Assembly: GCA_964016885.1 (NCBI GenBank)
Contig: OZ024755.1
Span: 15,252,001-15,316,000, forward strand
Length of the DNA: 64,000 nt
Reading direction: 5' to 3'
Origin: Eledone cirrhosa
Lineage: Eukaryota
The notes beneath the pieces are model-generated. The model saw only the letters and a program-made list of their open reading frames with translations, was not told the origin of the DNA and ran no database searches. The translations under genes and the position numbers were made by a program. Below are positions 1-14,818 of the stretch, piece by piece; positions within the stretch are counted from its first letter, which is position 1, and the number at the start of each line of letters is the position of its first letter.

Positions 1-559
1 GTAAACGCTGCAATGTAATAATTACGTAGAATTACTTATTGTTGAACACAATAGTTTCATTTATTCCATTGCTATATTGTGCTGCCTAATCGACTGTATG
101 ATTGCAGATGTTGTTAAAATGGCTATTTTCATAATATGATGGAGTATAAGTGCTAAAGACACAATCAGTGTTGAAAATGATCTCGTAATAGTAATTAAAA
201 GTGGGGCATTTATTTCATGACATATGTATTTTTAATTTTACTTTAAACACATTATTCTAATATTATTCTACTGTGAGATAACTGTTACACTAATTTTTAA
301 AAGGCCATTTCCTTTTATTTAATAGCGCTTCAATATGAATATGGCATATATTAAATAGTATGTATGCAAATTTAGAATTTCATTGCTTTCTGAATGCATT
401 TCAAATGAAATAGTAACCAATCAGATTAGAATAGTATGATTAAATATCCTGCAATTATGGAAGTTCTTACAAAATTACTATATTATAATTAAATATGAGC
501 TTACACAATCGGCCATGCAGGCTCACACACACACATATATACATTATATATATAATGTA

Positions 560-680
560 TAAGAGCCCCTTCTGTCACGAATGGCCATGGGATTTGCACT
601 AAAAGGTTCCACTCCCAGGCATACCAGGAACCGCTCGCCATGCCAACAGTGTTTCTCCAAAGGAAAAACAAAGGCGCTTA
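560..680 (-). mobile_element. 3' fragment of the SINE-like repeat also at 26540-26865
   Basis: Shares blocks (ccatggga...gcac/gcat, ccatgcca, tccaa.ggaaa..caaagg) with 26540-26705; flanked by TA. Confidence 0.5.
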
Positions 681-1460
681 CATATATAAAACTTTTAAAC
701 ATTAGTTGAATAAGTATAAATACTGGGATATAGAGTATAGCTAAGTTGGCAAGTAGCTTTGTGTGCGATATATCAGGTTAGTTTCCTCATGTGACTCCGT
801 TCTGTGGAGACCGTACATGACTTATATAATTCTATGTACGTTTTAGATATGGTAGATGGTTTAGAGAATATATTTGCTTATGCTGGGAAGCCCATGTATT
901 TATGTGGGTAACTGTATGTGTTCGTGTGGATGTGTGTATTTATGTGGACAACTGTGTGTGTTCGTGTGTGTGTGTATATATTTATGTGGGCAACTGTTTG
1001 TGTTTGTGTGTAGGTTGAACGCATTGTTGAACGTTAGTCTAAATTGTGTGTGTGAGTGTGTGCTTGGATGTGTATGTGTACATTTAGTTTATGGTGTACA
1101 TGTATATAAACGAAAAGAGGTTTATTTGTAAATGAGGGGAGGAATTTACGTATATGGGAGCATTTATTGATTAGGAAATATCAGGTCATAGAATTTAATT
1201 TCTTCTGGTTAAGGTCAAGTCTGGTTGGTTAGATTAGATAGAAAGTCTTTTTGTGGTAGCTAGTTAGATTACGTGAGCCGGTAGCATTGGAGAAGCACTT
1301 TGTTTTAAGATATTGTATACATGAATGTAGAGGGCACTGTGGGTTAATAGATATTTAATGGCTATGGTAAGTAGGAGGAACTTATCTATATTGAAAGAAT
1401 CTTTATCTATAATGGTACTTAATTCATGTTATTGCAGGTGTTTGCTATTGGTACTAAGAG

Positions 1461-1509
<49 letters not shown>

Positions 1510-3327
1510 CATACATACCTATATATAAATATATGCATTCGAATTTGCTCATTAATCAAATTGGTTTAAATATATTAGTCAGTTCTGAGGAATATTTATG
1601 TTTCAGTTTTATTCATTATGTAGTTTTGTGAGAAAAGTAAGCTTTAAATGTACACTGACATATGAAATTAAATACATTTTAAACCCTATGTTCCCTTATT
1701 ACGGTGTAGAGTTTTATATACAAAACACACACCAGCAAACTTCTAAATAGGATTTCCTCAGAATAACGTGAAAAAAAGGATACGCACAATGTAACAAGGT
1801 AATACAAGGGTTTTAATGTGATCTTTTCTACATTAAATAATATTTACGAACCTCGTAGGAAATTCATATTACACGATGCATAAAGATATTGTCATATTTT
1901 CCAAACTAAAATATAAATACAAGCCAAACCTTATCATGTAAAGGAATCCATATAATTTAAAAGAATGGAAGCATTCATATAAATATATTATTGACATTTA
2001 CTTTGTCGCATAATCCTTCCAGTTGCTGATAATTGGAGACATGAGGAAGTAATTATGCTGCAACAGAAGTATCCATTTGATTTTCTTTTTTATAAACCAG
2101 TATTAACATAGAAATATAGAGTTACTTTAAGCTATAGAAATTTCATATAAGTCATTTATATCTCCAGGCAAGTTGTCTATCAGAAAATATAAACATTTCT
2201 CTGACAAATAAATCGTTTTGGAAAAGAAAATCGATGCTTTGTAGTTTAGATATTTCGACATTTAAAATAATTCATTACATAGGTCAACAAAACCCCCAAA
2301 CACTCTGTTGACTTTAAAGTCTGGTTTATATATTTCATCCCAAATATACAACCAGTTTTGAAGAAAACGGTATACTTCTTATTCTGCTGGTTCACTGGTT
2401 CAGTAATTGTATCGTATTTTAATGTAATATAAGGTTTTTGTTGACTCACTAGAGGTTATGGATTGTTCGTAAAGATGGATGGAACACACATGTAGATACA
2501 CTTTTCTAAACATGTGCTGAATACATTGGGAATAATAAGAAACCTGTTTCTGTTTTTTTTAGGCTAGAGTATCTTGCATGGTTTCAAGTACATCTTTCAG
2601 AGCAAGACACGTTGTAGATTCCAAGATCCAACAGACAACTCAAGCCTGTCAATGGTCTTCGTTTCTTTTTCTTTGAGAGTGTATGAGGCATACTTTTTAA
2701 TTCAGTAAGGTTGACTGTTACAAGGTATTACCTCAACATAATCTTTTATCGCTTTTCAGAGAATCTTGGGGATATCATTGAAGGACAAATAGTACAGTCT
2801 AACTAGTACATATACTCAAAAGAACATGGGTACTTATGAAAGATGAACTAAACAAAATGAGAGATGATTTTTCGAAATCTCAGCTAGAGTGTCCTAGTAA
2901 ATCTCCCTCAAGATATTCTCCTGTACACATTTTAAAAGTTGCTAAACTAAGAATGTAGTATATTTTAATTTACAATTATAGGATTATACACCAGCGCTTT
3001 CTAAACTTCTGTTTTAAAAGTTACTAATATGTGATTATTCTAACTGCGTGGCATTTATATTGTTGTCATTTACTATAAAAAAAGGAGATTATTAATTATA
3101 TATAGGGAATCATCGATGCTATTCCTGGAATTAACACCACAAATATCCCAAAAATATGAATCTAACGTCCCACACACCAATAGTTGTATTGAGCAATGAT
3201 TAATAGAAAAATGTTTGACATGATATGCTGACGTTAAAGACGGTTATGTCATAAATTAATTTAATAGATATATATATATAATGTATACTATCTGTATTAG
3301 CTTGGTCCGCATTATTGTAATTGCATT

Positions 3328-3508
3328 GGTGGATTGGCAGTATCGGTATAGGGTCGGACGCCATGCTTTCCAGCATAGTTACGTCCCTTTACGATCTGAG
3401 TTCAAATCCCGCCGAGGTTGACTTTGCCTTTCATCCTTACGGGGTCGATAAAATAAAGTACCAGTAATGCACTGGGTAATTGCTGGCCTTGTTCCTAAAG
3501 TAGAAACA
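3328..3508 (+). mobile_element. tRNA-derived SINE (Deu/Nin-like central domain) with 17-bp target-site duplication
   Basis: A-box-like tggcagtatcgg, B-box gagttcaaatcc, core gcctttcatccttacggggtcgataaaataaagtacc; flanked by attattgtaattgcatt at 3311-3327 and 3509-3525. Confidence 0.85.
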
Positions 3509-3581
3509 ATTATTGTAATTGCATTAGATTCTACAGGAAGCCTTGATAAATGCTGAGGGTTACGAATATTAGGGCAAACAG

Positions 3582-3810
3582 AGGGGCTGGGATTGTCAGA
3601 ATTATTAAAGTGTAGAATGAAATACTATTGCAGTATTTCTTCCTATTCATTACGTTCTGAGTTCAAACTCAACTGGCGTTCTTTTTCCCTTTCATTCATC
3701 CACGATCCAATAATGTATGCATTAGCCAAATACTGGGGTTGATTTAATCAACTTTTCCGTTCCCCAAAAGACATTGATGGCTTTGTACTTAAATAAGAAA
3801 TCAATATTAA
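3582..3810 (+). mobile_element. Degenerate SINE, same superfamily
   Basis: acgttctgagttcaaa B-box region, ctttcat core remnant, tactggggttgatttaatcaac and tail-like ttaaataagaaa. Confidence 0.6.
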
Positions 3811-5977
3811 GACCATTATTAATTGTTTTATATCACTACACAGTAGTAAAAGAGGCCATCCAATGTGGCCAGCATACATTTATACAAAGCTTACCACTGA
3901 GTGATTTCAATCGCATTTGAAGAGTTATTATTTAACATTCTGACGTGTGGAATCGCCACTACCGACATATATGTCCAGTTATGTTGCCGCCATCTCGGGC
4001 TACTCTATCATTAACTCTGTATATCAATAAAGTAATAACAGATTACTCGGAATCCACAACGGTCGTTGAAATGATAGACGTTACATCTCGCTATAGAGAA
4101 ACAACTCGATTCAAAAATTATAGATAAGGTCAAGTAATGCATATACACTTATATTCCTGACTATATGCACTTCTAGAAAATATCAGTACAACTGTGACAT
4201 GGAAAACAATATATGACATCTATATTTCATATGCGCTTGAGTGTGAATAAACGGCATCAGCTCAAACGTACAAACAGGCATATATATAAACATATATACA
4301 TATTTACATACATGTACGTAGGTCTATACTTATATATACATACACATATATCTCCCAAATGTATTGTTATAAACGCATATCATTATCTATGCGTGTATAT
4401 ATATATATATGCCATGTATATGAACATGGAAGAAAATCGCTACATTCCAGTTGAACGCAAAGTCGTACTGCTGATTGTTATTGGATTGTTGTAAACGTTG
4501 AAGACATAACTCACTCAAGGTAATCCTAGATGTATCATCTGTGAATCGACTATTTACATTATTTATAAAGATGTAGATCGATTATGAAAATGACATGAAT
4601 GCATCTGTTCCTTTTGTTTACATTTAGTTGCGTTTTCGAGAAAATGTTTAAGAACTGAAATATGTCACCACTAATATAATTGCTGTTATTAGTTTTAAAG
4701 TTTACATCGTTTAAATAAGTTATTTTATCTCTTATTGTGTAAGATTGAGGTTTTTGTTTTTCGTTAAATAATCTATGCCTAATATTGTTGTAATTTGCGA
4801 CGGTCCCACTGCCTGTAAAATACACATTGCTTGTATTCCTCTTTTGTTTTATTATCAGTCTATTAGATCATTAGTTGCTTACTTATTTATTTATGAGACG
4901 AGCAAACATATTGTTTGTGGCACAAGGATATAGATTTGAAGAGCTTGGTTGATACTCTAATCTAAAAATTAACAATTTAGGGATGATTTGATCGATATTC
5001 GCCTGTCTTCAAATACTCATTTGATGCTTAAATTTCAAACCATATTATTAACTGAATTTTACCTAATCTCCCACAAAAACTGATAGTTGTGACAACTTTA
5101 CGTACACTACTAAGGTACGTACACTACTAAGCTAAAGAACCAAATGCTATTGCCTTTTATTTTGTTCCATTATATTTTTAGTTCATTTATATCCACAGGA
5201 TATTAATATACTTAAAGCTGTCTCAAGTTAGGCTATACTTGGATAAGGAGCACAGAATATAATCTGCTATCTCTAATAGTTTGTTTTCTTATTGTAAGAA
5301 GGATTTCTAGATTTTCATAAATGTATCGGATATATTGTTTTTTCGTAGTCAATGTTGTTATTAAAACCACCACTACCATTAAAGTTGACATTATGTTGGT
5401 GCGAATCGTTTAGTGCCTATATGTGATATTCATTAATATCAGATATGTAGGAGCAATAATTTATGATACTAAATACTCTGCGGCCACAATTGTGAAGAAT
5501 ATATTATACTTGACATTAAAAACACAGGTAGAAATATGAAGGTGCAGAGTTTACATAGAAATATGCGGAAAATGAATGAGATAAAGGGATACATAGTACG
5601 CAAATTAGGCGTACATCGTATACACATAAAGGAATTATTTAGTCCTCCTGCTACAGGTAGACCAATCGAGAAACCTCACAAGTCGACAAACACCATAACT
5701 ACAAATTTGTGCAGTATTCCAACTGTAATTTGTCTATATGAGATAGACGAACTCACTCTTTTCAATTGCAATACAATCATTCACCCTTTGATACATTTAC
5801 TAATGGAAAGCACCTCCTACTCTAACGTCCCGTTACTTTAAAAACGAAAGTAAAACAGATATATTAGGGCTTCACTGAAGAGGTATGTATCTGTTTTCTG
5901 ACCATTCAGGCTTGTCCACAACGCAATGACAATATTAAATATAATTATTATTATGATTATTAATATTAGCAGAAGAA

Positions 5978-5991
5978 GCATCAGCAGCAGC

Positions 5992-6054
<63 letters not shown>

Positions 6055-6081
6055 TGTTGTTGCAGTAGTAGTAGTAGTAGT
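5978..6081. repeat. (AGC)/(AGT)n trinucleotide microsatellite
   Basis: Direct reading; source of the poly-Ser ORF 5926-6114. Confidence 0.95.
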
Positions 6082-6525
6082 ACATCACCACACAGAGGGG
6101 GAGAACATGGATAATCCCAGAGGTTATAAAATAGAGTTATTGATGATTGTGTCTATAATTTATTGACAATGAAAGAGAAAATATATGGTAGCTATCTCAT
6201 AATTTAAACATAATTTCATTAATGACAGTGTGAATTGATGTACAGCTATCAATATTGTAGGTATTATTGTATATCTCTTTTCAGTGATATATTTTCTCTG
6301 TGATGAGTATTGTACTTTGTAGAGTTGTGGGGAGTCTTTCATGGTCAGATTTAGGACTGATAGAGGAATAAGGCTACAGGGAAATGTCTTCCTGATTTAA
6401 TAGATCAATGCATACATGTTTTATTGGTGAGGTGCCAGCTTGATCATCTATATATCTATCTACGTGTGTCTACTAGTATTACAATTCAGACGGTGTCCTC
6501 TCATTCCATGTATCAAATATATATA

Positions 6526-6648
6526 TTGGCCGTTGAAACGGCAAGAGCTCAGCCGTCGGGGTCCCAACAATTTATAAAATAACCATACCCTACTACTCCA
6601 AGTATCGAGTACATAATTGCTTAACCAGTTTCCAACTGAATCCATCCT

Positions 6649-6652
<4 letters not shown>
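6526..6652 (+). mobile_element. PLE-type tail (family A) carrying only the 3' half of a hammerhead
   Basis: GAAA-CGGC(aagagctca)GCCG-TC-GGGGTCC followed by the tail ctactactccaagtatcgagtac; homologous to 9252-9405, 30765-30825 and 52495-52906; flanked by TA. Confidence 0.6.
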
Positions 6653-6702
<50 letters not shown>

Positions 6703-6799
6703 GAGGCAACAACGAAATCTGCATTGTAGAATGTACATAAAACTAACTCATTTTTCATATACCATGATATGCCTTGCAACACAATCTATAACGCTCTCA

Positions 6800-6834
<35 letters not shown>

Positions 6835-7172
6835 AATACATACATATATAAATACATGCTAATCTATCTATATATATATATATAGATATAGATATATATA
6901 TGAGCGTGTATATTCCTGTGTGTATATACTTTCTTGGAGGCATTGGACAATTGACTGAATCATTGCCTAGTACTATAATCACTAACAGAACAACTCCCAA
7001 AATAAAACAACTAGTCATTGTGGAGACTGAACTGCCTGATACTTTGAAAATATCCTTGCTCTAAAAATATATTGAATTCTTACTATCTTTGATGTAGTCA
7101 TACATAGTTCAGTATATATATATATAAAGTCACACTCACGTATATATTTATGCGTATGCATATATATATATA

Positions 7173-7208
<36 letters not shown>

Positions 7209-9162
7209 CACGTACATGTATGTATAAGACCGTGAATGTCTGTATGCTTATGCACACACAAATAAAATATGCGTTCGTACAAACACACAACTCATCACCC
7301 ATGTATATATATATATATATATATGCAAGTGATTGAGATCAATATTTATCAGAATTACCTAATCCAATTACTGAAAAAGCCACTGTTGGGCCTGATTTAC
7401 TGATGTTCGTTATTGCTTCTAAATTCTGTCATCAAATAGATCTTTTGGACAATCTCCAAAGATACACAGAAAATCAATACCTTCTATCATAAATCTTATT
7501 TAAAATAACGTTTTATAATTCATCTTTACCTAATGATGCTCCAACATTCTTTTTTTCTGCCCGAGGACTGACTTATTTGGAAGTCTGCCGATTTTGCTGG
7601 AGAGGAGTTGAATAGGATTTTCCATGTTTACTATTATGATATTTCCTCTCCTCTTTTACTACTAATATCTCCATTAAGATCAACAACAACATAGTCCCTT
7701 AAATCCTTGCTTGAACACCTTAACAAGCTAAATTTACGAGAGGTGTATAGTCTGACACATGATCTATTTGCATATCAGAAATAGCGTGAATGTTCCAAAC
7801 AAGTAAAACCATACTCTCTCACAAGTTCATAGATGCATAATACAAACTTTCCTCTATAAATGTTTCCTTTGTAGTTATGCATAGAAGAATCAGTCCATAT
7901 GGTGAACCACCATCTGTTTATAAAGTACTCATTGAACTCTGTAAACAACGATTTTCTATAAATATTTCTCTCAATGTTCCAGTTTGTGTTTTCCTCTAGT
8001 TAAACGTCCCTTAAGAGATGTTTTACTAATGTACATTATTTATTCCTTTTAAAATGTATTCATTGGTCGTGGTTATTGTTTATCATATAAATATAGTCTT
8101 CTTGCTTACACAATATCAGTAATATAATTGATACCCATTCCCAGATTTCCTTCTTCCATATTATACTGATTCAATTTTTATGTAATTTGTCTCTGGTATA
8201 GATAACAACTAGATACGAAACATCGGGTTATCGATTTTAAGAACTACTAGAAAATAACAGTTATTTCCAAAACCATTAGTAAACTGTCCGTGGTCTATTA
8301 TAATTATCCTTCTTATAAATATTGTCATCATTTAGATCCTTAGATTTTCTTAATGGCACTCTTCTAATGTAGGCAACAACACTGTACAAAAACAAAGAAA
8401 TCACTCCGTTACTAAGTGAGAGGTGAACAACTCGGCACTGCCACCTATTTCTCATTATGCCACCGCATATCAATAAAAACACTATAAGGTTTCTTGAATT
8501 CAGCAGCAATGAAAAAAATAAAAAAATACAATATTGAATCTAAAAAATCGTAATTACATCTAAAACAGAAACGGTATAATGCATTAAATAATTAAAGATA
8601 ACATGTTTTTGCTTTTTTTAAGCATAGAACTGTCTGCTCCATATTACGAACAGACAGCATCAAACGATATTCGTTTTGCTGACACAAGTATAAGACAAAC
8701 CCCTCTGCCTTTCGAGTCGGTGATATGGTCACGTATATAAACGTCCGTTTCAACATTATCCGCCGATAATTGACATGTCCAAAGAGTAATCGAACAGAAG
8801 TAAAAGTAATTTCCGCTCACTTTGTACATTTGAAGAACTTGATATGATACTGACGCACCACCAACAGACAGGTGCCAACGAAGGTTTCTCAAACGTGGTT
8901 GTCCAATATATACCAAAAATATCTGCTTAAAATCATAGCCTAAGGAGGGATGGTCTATACAGTCGGACTAAAGAAAAACAATGAAAATAAGACGGTGTGA
9001 TTACGGATAGAAGGCCTTCAATAATGTGTATGCTCGATGAAGCACTAGTATATGGCTAAACCTCAAGAGTAACAACAGGAAATAGAGCCATAGCCTGATA
9101 TAATGATATTAGTCACATTTACAACGTATTAAGCGTTGTCTCCACAGTCTCAGCACTGCAGA

Positions 9163-9224
<62 letters not shown>

Positions 9225-9251
9225 TATATATATAGATATATATATATATAT

Positions 9252-9405
9252 AAAACAAAGAGGGTGTGGTAAGATACCAGGTGGACCATAACGCACCAGA
9301 GTACTCGATACATAGGGTGGTAGAGAGAATAATAATGGTGTCTTAATTCGGATCTAGCTCTCGAAACGGCCGGGGCTCAGCCGTCGGTGTCCTGACACTT
9401 TTCCT
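9252..9405. mobile_element. Family A fold-back copy (antisense tail + sense half-hammerhead)
   Basis: ccaggtggaccataacgcaccagagtactcgatac (antisense tail), then ttcggatctagctctcGAAAcggccggggctcagccgTCggtgtcc; TA on both sides. Confidence 0.65.
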
Positions 9406-9816
9406 ATATATATATATATATATACCTATATATATATATACCTATATATATATATATATATATACCTATATATATATATATATATATATACCTATATATA
9501 TATATATATATATATACCTATATATATATATATATATATATATACCTATATATATATATATATATACCTATATATATATATATATATACCTATATATATA
9601 TATATATATATACCTATATATATATATATATATATACCTATATATATATATATACCTATATATATATATACCTATATATATATATATATATATACCTATA
9701 TATATACCTACCTATATATATATATACCTATATATATATACCTACCTATATATATATATACCTATATATATATATACCTATATATATATATATATACCTA
9801 TATATATATATATATA

Positions 9817-9855
<39 letters not shown>

Positions 9856-10108
9856 CTATATATATATATATACCTATATATATATATACCTATATATATA
9901 TATACCTATATATATATATACCTATATATATATATACCTCTATATATATATACCTATATATATATATACCTATATATATATATACCTATATATATATACC
10001 TATATATATATACCTATATATATATATACCTATATATATATATATATACCTATATATATATATATATACCTATATATATATATATATATATATAGGTATA
10101 TATATATA
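9406..10108. repeat. Interrupted (TA)n array with CC interruptions (taccta units)
   Basis: Direct reading. Confidence 0.95.
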
Positions 10109-11005
10109 CGAGTTAGTATATATATACAGATATGCATTGATGTATATAGTCGTTGTGATGGGACTTATTCATGTACATGACATAAGAAATATATGTTTCA
10201 TAAACATCGTATTTCCTAAGGTTCATATTTTATGGTTTAGTAATACCATTCCACGTTGGAAAGTAATATGTAACTAATGACGTTTTTGTGTACCTCTAAA
10301 ACAGATTTGTAAGGCCTTTTTACACAAATATGACATTATCAACATCTTTAACTGCATCTTGGCAATTTAAGTACTTCTCGCTCACTTCTATAGATATCTC
10401 ATGGTTATCGCATTTTCGTGGATTGCAAAAGGATAACCTTCAAAATGTGACGTTATTTAAAGGTCACTAACATACGAGAAGTTGTACTTTCCTTCGATAT
10501 TATCCTGAAATGTATTGAGCAAAAGGCCATATAAAGACTTTTTCCTCTCGAATTGCAGAATGATTTTTCTTGTGGATTGTGTTGAGGTATGTTTGTCTAC
10601 CTGGTATTTTGTCATACGAAACAGTTTCGCAGATAGAGTACGTCTAACGAGGATTCTGTTTGTAGTAATACAGTCAACTGTATATAGATATATACACACA
10701 GACAGACAGCCAGAATACAGAGAGTGACAAACGCATGCACATATGGAAATATATATATAGAGAGAGAGAGAGACAGAGAGAGGTTGTGCGAGAGATAAAC
10801 ATATATATATACATATATATACACATACATACACCCACAGAGCCATACACAGCCACACAAATGTATATTATATATATATATATGCTTATATATATATATA
10901 TATATACATATATATTTTAAAGTTGAGACAGTAAACAGAAAACAAAAAAACAACGTGGAAGCAAAGAGGCAGTACAAATGTTATTATTAGTTTCAAGCAT
11001 TAGAC

Positions 11006-11042
<37 letters not shown>

Positions 11043-12554
11043 TATGCTTGTGTGTTTTTTACTGATATATAGTCATATAGAAAATTCCTAGGAGCAAGAT
11101 AATTCACAAATTGTTTCTTTCATGTACAACATAAATATTTTGGAATCAGATATAATAATAATTACAGGTGGCAGAATATGGTGCTTAGGAATGCGAATTA
11201 CAAACTGAAAACAAAACATGAAAGGTCTTTAGTAGTACCTAATATATCCTCGAGTTCTTTTCAATTATAAATATATTGCGATGTTGATATCTTGAAAAAC
11301 ATACGAATATGAAAATATAATTATGAATCAGATTGACTCACAGTGTTCTACGTGATAATGGTAGAGCTCGCATATATGTGACATTAATATCACTGATTGC
11401 GTCCATTTTGCTGATGGTATAATCTCCAAGGCAGATAACAAACAGATAATTCAAACATATTTGACAAAACCTTACTTTTCTATATAACTTGATAATAATT
11501 GTATATATTTGTCCACATATTGTAAATTGTTTCTTCTCTCTCTATATATATGAGAGAGAGGGGGGGGAGAGTGTGTATGCGTGTGTGTGTGTGTGTTCTA
11601 GAGTGAGGTAGGCAGCGCTAGAGCAAGTGATAGAGAAATATTGAGCTCGCTACTTCCTTTCTATATCATTTAACGAACTCAAAAAGATGATTGCGGAACA
11701 TTTCCCGGTATTTTGAAGTGAAAGCAATGAATTCTTTCTCAAATTCCACCCTATCATCATAAATAAAACAATGGACAAAACACTTAACACACTCATATAC
11801 CGACATGGTGGTCACCACTGGAAAGCATTTAAGCGTTGTCTAAACAGTGACAGTTAAGCTTTGCTTAAATATCAGTAACACAGACAACATAATGTACAGC
11901 AGTCAAACATTCTGAATTCGTTCAGCAATTTTCTATGGTTAAAATTGCTCATCATTGTTCCAGTGTTGCTGAAAGCAATGCTACTGTATACAGACAAATT
12001 AGCATATAATATAAAGCAATGCATACAACAACATTCCACACATAACTACGATGCGAAGGGTATAGTATTATATTAGGTATTCTTTTAGAGGATTAAGAAC
12101 ACGTTGCGTTCTCATCAATCCACTTTATTGATCGGAGCGAGAGGTTTACTGCATTTACTGCAATGAGATGGTCAATAGTGAGAAACACTCGATTAGGTAG
12201 ACTAGGTTATTGAAATATTGTCGTGTTGATAACAGATATAAGTTGATGCTGATGGGTGTGAAATAAAGTGCCGATATCTATGCTGACTGTCCAGTGTTTT
12301 ATGGATAATGCAATCCGATATCTTACTGGTGTCTGGCATCCCTTTTATATAAATCTTGCAATTCCGATGATGTACTATTCATTACCCTGTAAGTTTGTGG
12401 CTCAAATTTCTTGCAAACTGTGTTGGTTTAGTCTGTAGGTATACATCTATGGGGCGTTCTTGGTTATACTTCTGTTTGATTTGTTAAAAATTATCTTGAG
12501 GCATTTAAGTGTGATTTTATGTTTCTATAATGTATCATATTTTTATTATTATTA

Positions 12555-12792
12555 GGGCGGCAGGTGGGCAGAATCGGTAGAGCGTCGCACACCATGCTTT
12601 GCGGAATATAGTTATGGCCTTTTAACGTTCTGAATTCAAATCCAGCCAAAGTTAACTTTGCCTTTCATCCTTACGAGGTCGATAATATAAAGCACCAGTA
12701 ATGCACAGGGGTCGATTTACTCGACTTTCCCCTACCCACAAATTGTTAGCCTTGTGTCTAAATCATAAAACATTACTATTATTATTATTATT
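12555..12792 (+). mobile_element. tRNA-derived SINE (Deu/Nin-like) with (TAT)n tail
   Basis: ggcagaatcggtagagcg A-box, gaattcaaatcc B-box, gcctttcatccttacgaggtcgataa core. Confidence 0.8.
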
Positions 12793-13029
12793 ATGTAGGT
12801 CTGAAACACAACATTTCCGTTTGTTATTGTATCATCAACACTATACATACCACCGCAGGTGTTGTAACGTATTGTATCTCACGGCAAGACACTTAACACT
12901 ACCTGCCTAAGGCTTTATATCTAATTCACTAATCAATATTTCATGGCTACATTTTCTTGACACATCTATACCAAATAAAGCTTTGTTGTACATGAACACC
13001 TAATTTAAAAGCCGATAACAGCATCCTCG

Positions 13030-14140
13030 TGGGAAGAGATAAGTAAATGAAAAAGGAAAGGAGAGAAAAATGTGGAGGGTAAGAAGAGGACGTGTGTGGT
13101 GGAAGGAAAGAAAAGGAGACCGGTGGGTTTATAAATGAATGTGAAAATGAAATATGTGAGGAGCAAACAATCTGGAGAAATGAATGAAAAATTAATTTAT
13201 GAAAGAATATATTGATTATTTCTTAAAAATAAATGAAGAAATGTATCCATAAAGAGGGATACAATATTAATGAAAAACATGGTAGCGATAGGCATAAAGG
13301 AATGTGGAAACAAAGAACGAACGAAAACATCGAATATAATGGGAAAAAAAGAAAAGATGGGTGAATGTACTCTGGAATAGGAAATAGAAAGAAGTAAATA
13401 TAAAGGGGGTTTTCAATGAAAAATAGATATAAAATATTGTAAAGAAATATTTAAAAAATGTATTAAAAATAAAGACAAGAAATGTTATTGAAAAAACTTC
13501 ATGGAGAGTAAAATCACGTATAAACAGAAGTTTGAAGAAAGATGGAAGGAAATAAGAAGGAAATAACATCATATATCATGTTGGAATGGAAAATGGTATT
13601 CAAAAATGAAAGCAAATAGACAGACACATAGACAGACATACTGTCAGACTAAGAGAGTTTGTAAAACGGGGGGAAAACAAAATGAATACACTGAAGAGAA
13701 ATAAAGAATTACATATTTGATTGGGGTGGCGGGGAGTTGAGGAAAGAAACTAGACAAACATATTGAAAGAAAGGAAACTAAGATAAGCAAAGTAAAGATG
13801 ACAAAAAAAGGAAAAGCAGATGTAATAAGAAAAAGAAAGAGAGATAGTGAGGTATGAAGAGAGAAAGAGAAAGAGAGAAATGAAGAGGGGGAAGAAGAGA
13901 GAAATTGAGAATGGTAGACATACAGAAAGATACCCAACATTCGGTTAGACAAACAAGCGTTGAAAAATAAAGGAGTCACAAAAGCATGGAAGAACAAATT
14001 GCAGGGTTAGAAAGAAAGAACAAAGAAAAAGAAAAAAGAAAAAGAAAGAAAGACAAAAGAAAGAAAGAAAACAGGAAAGAACGATAAAAAAAAAAAAAAA
14101 AAATCAGAATAAAACGGATGAAAGAACAAAATACAGTAGA
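13030..14140. repeat. Purine-rich (A/G) low-complexity tract
   Basis: Strong A/G strand bias; gives the Phe/Leu/Ser-rich minus-strand ORFs. Confidence 0.7.
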
Positions 14141-14659
14141 AAAGATGTACCTCTTTTTTATTGGGGGGGGGGGGGGTATTGTCATCTGTTTTTGTTTTTT
14201 TTCACAATCACATTTAAACTGTAATCGATCTTGGAGCCAATTGTTTTCCGGTGTTAAATGTGAGAAGAGAGAAAAACTAAAGTCAAGGAAAATGCCACAC
14301 AAGAAGCCAAACAAAACAGAAAGTACTAAAAGTCTGAATGTTTTCTTCATACCAAAGGCAACTGACAAAAACAAAAATTATGTACATAACTTGCTCTGTT
14401 TAAAGAGCGTGTCAACAAATAACAAACTGTTATTTTTGTATATATATATATATATATATACATACATATATAGTAATAATAATAAAGACTAAAATTCAAA
14501 GAGGTCTCGGTAAGGATAAATATATATCAAATATATTTACTTCTGCGTTCACAGATTGATTTTTTTTTAGTTTCAGAAGATCCCGTTAAGGGTGAAAGCA
14601 GCGATTCTTTGCTTAAACTTTAATCTGTTATTTTAATAAATATATATATACATATATAT

Positions 14660-14818
14660 AGTGCGTAGATCCAGAATTAAATCGGGGATAACCGCAGTTA
14701 ATAATGTACTTGATACATAATACAGTGTGAACATCATATTTAATATAGAGAGAGCTTCTACAGGACTATAACCATTTCATTCGTATGAAATCATCATACG
14801 AATGAAACAATTCTCTAT
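14660..14818 (-). mobile_element. PLE-type tail (family B) with hammerhead-like motif and short fold-back
   Basis: Minus strand reads atgatga-tttcatacgaat-GAAA-tggttatagtcctg-TA-gaag; homologous to 20171-20235 and 29970-30050. Confidence 0.55.

Noticed and set aside
680-1465. Possible PLE 3' UTR on the minus strand
   Set aside because: Composition resembles 37400-38160, but no alignable sequence, EN motif or convincing ribozyme was found.
3328-3420. tRNA genes at SINE heads
   Set aside because: A/B boxes are present but there is no full cloverleaf, and the sequences continue into the SINE core and tail.
13267-14374. Hydrophobic Phe/Leu-rich ORFs suggesting membrane proteins (also 45855-46337, 28439-29219)
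   Set aside because: Products of purine/pyrimidine or AAC low-complexity tracts.
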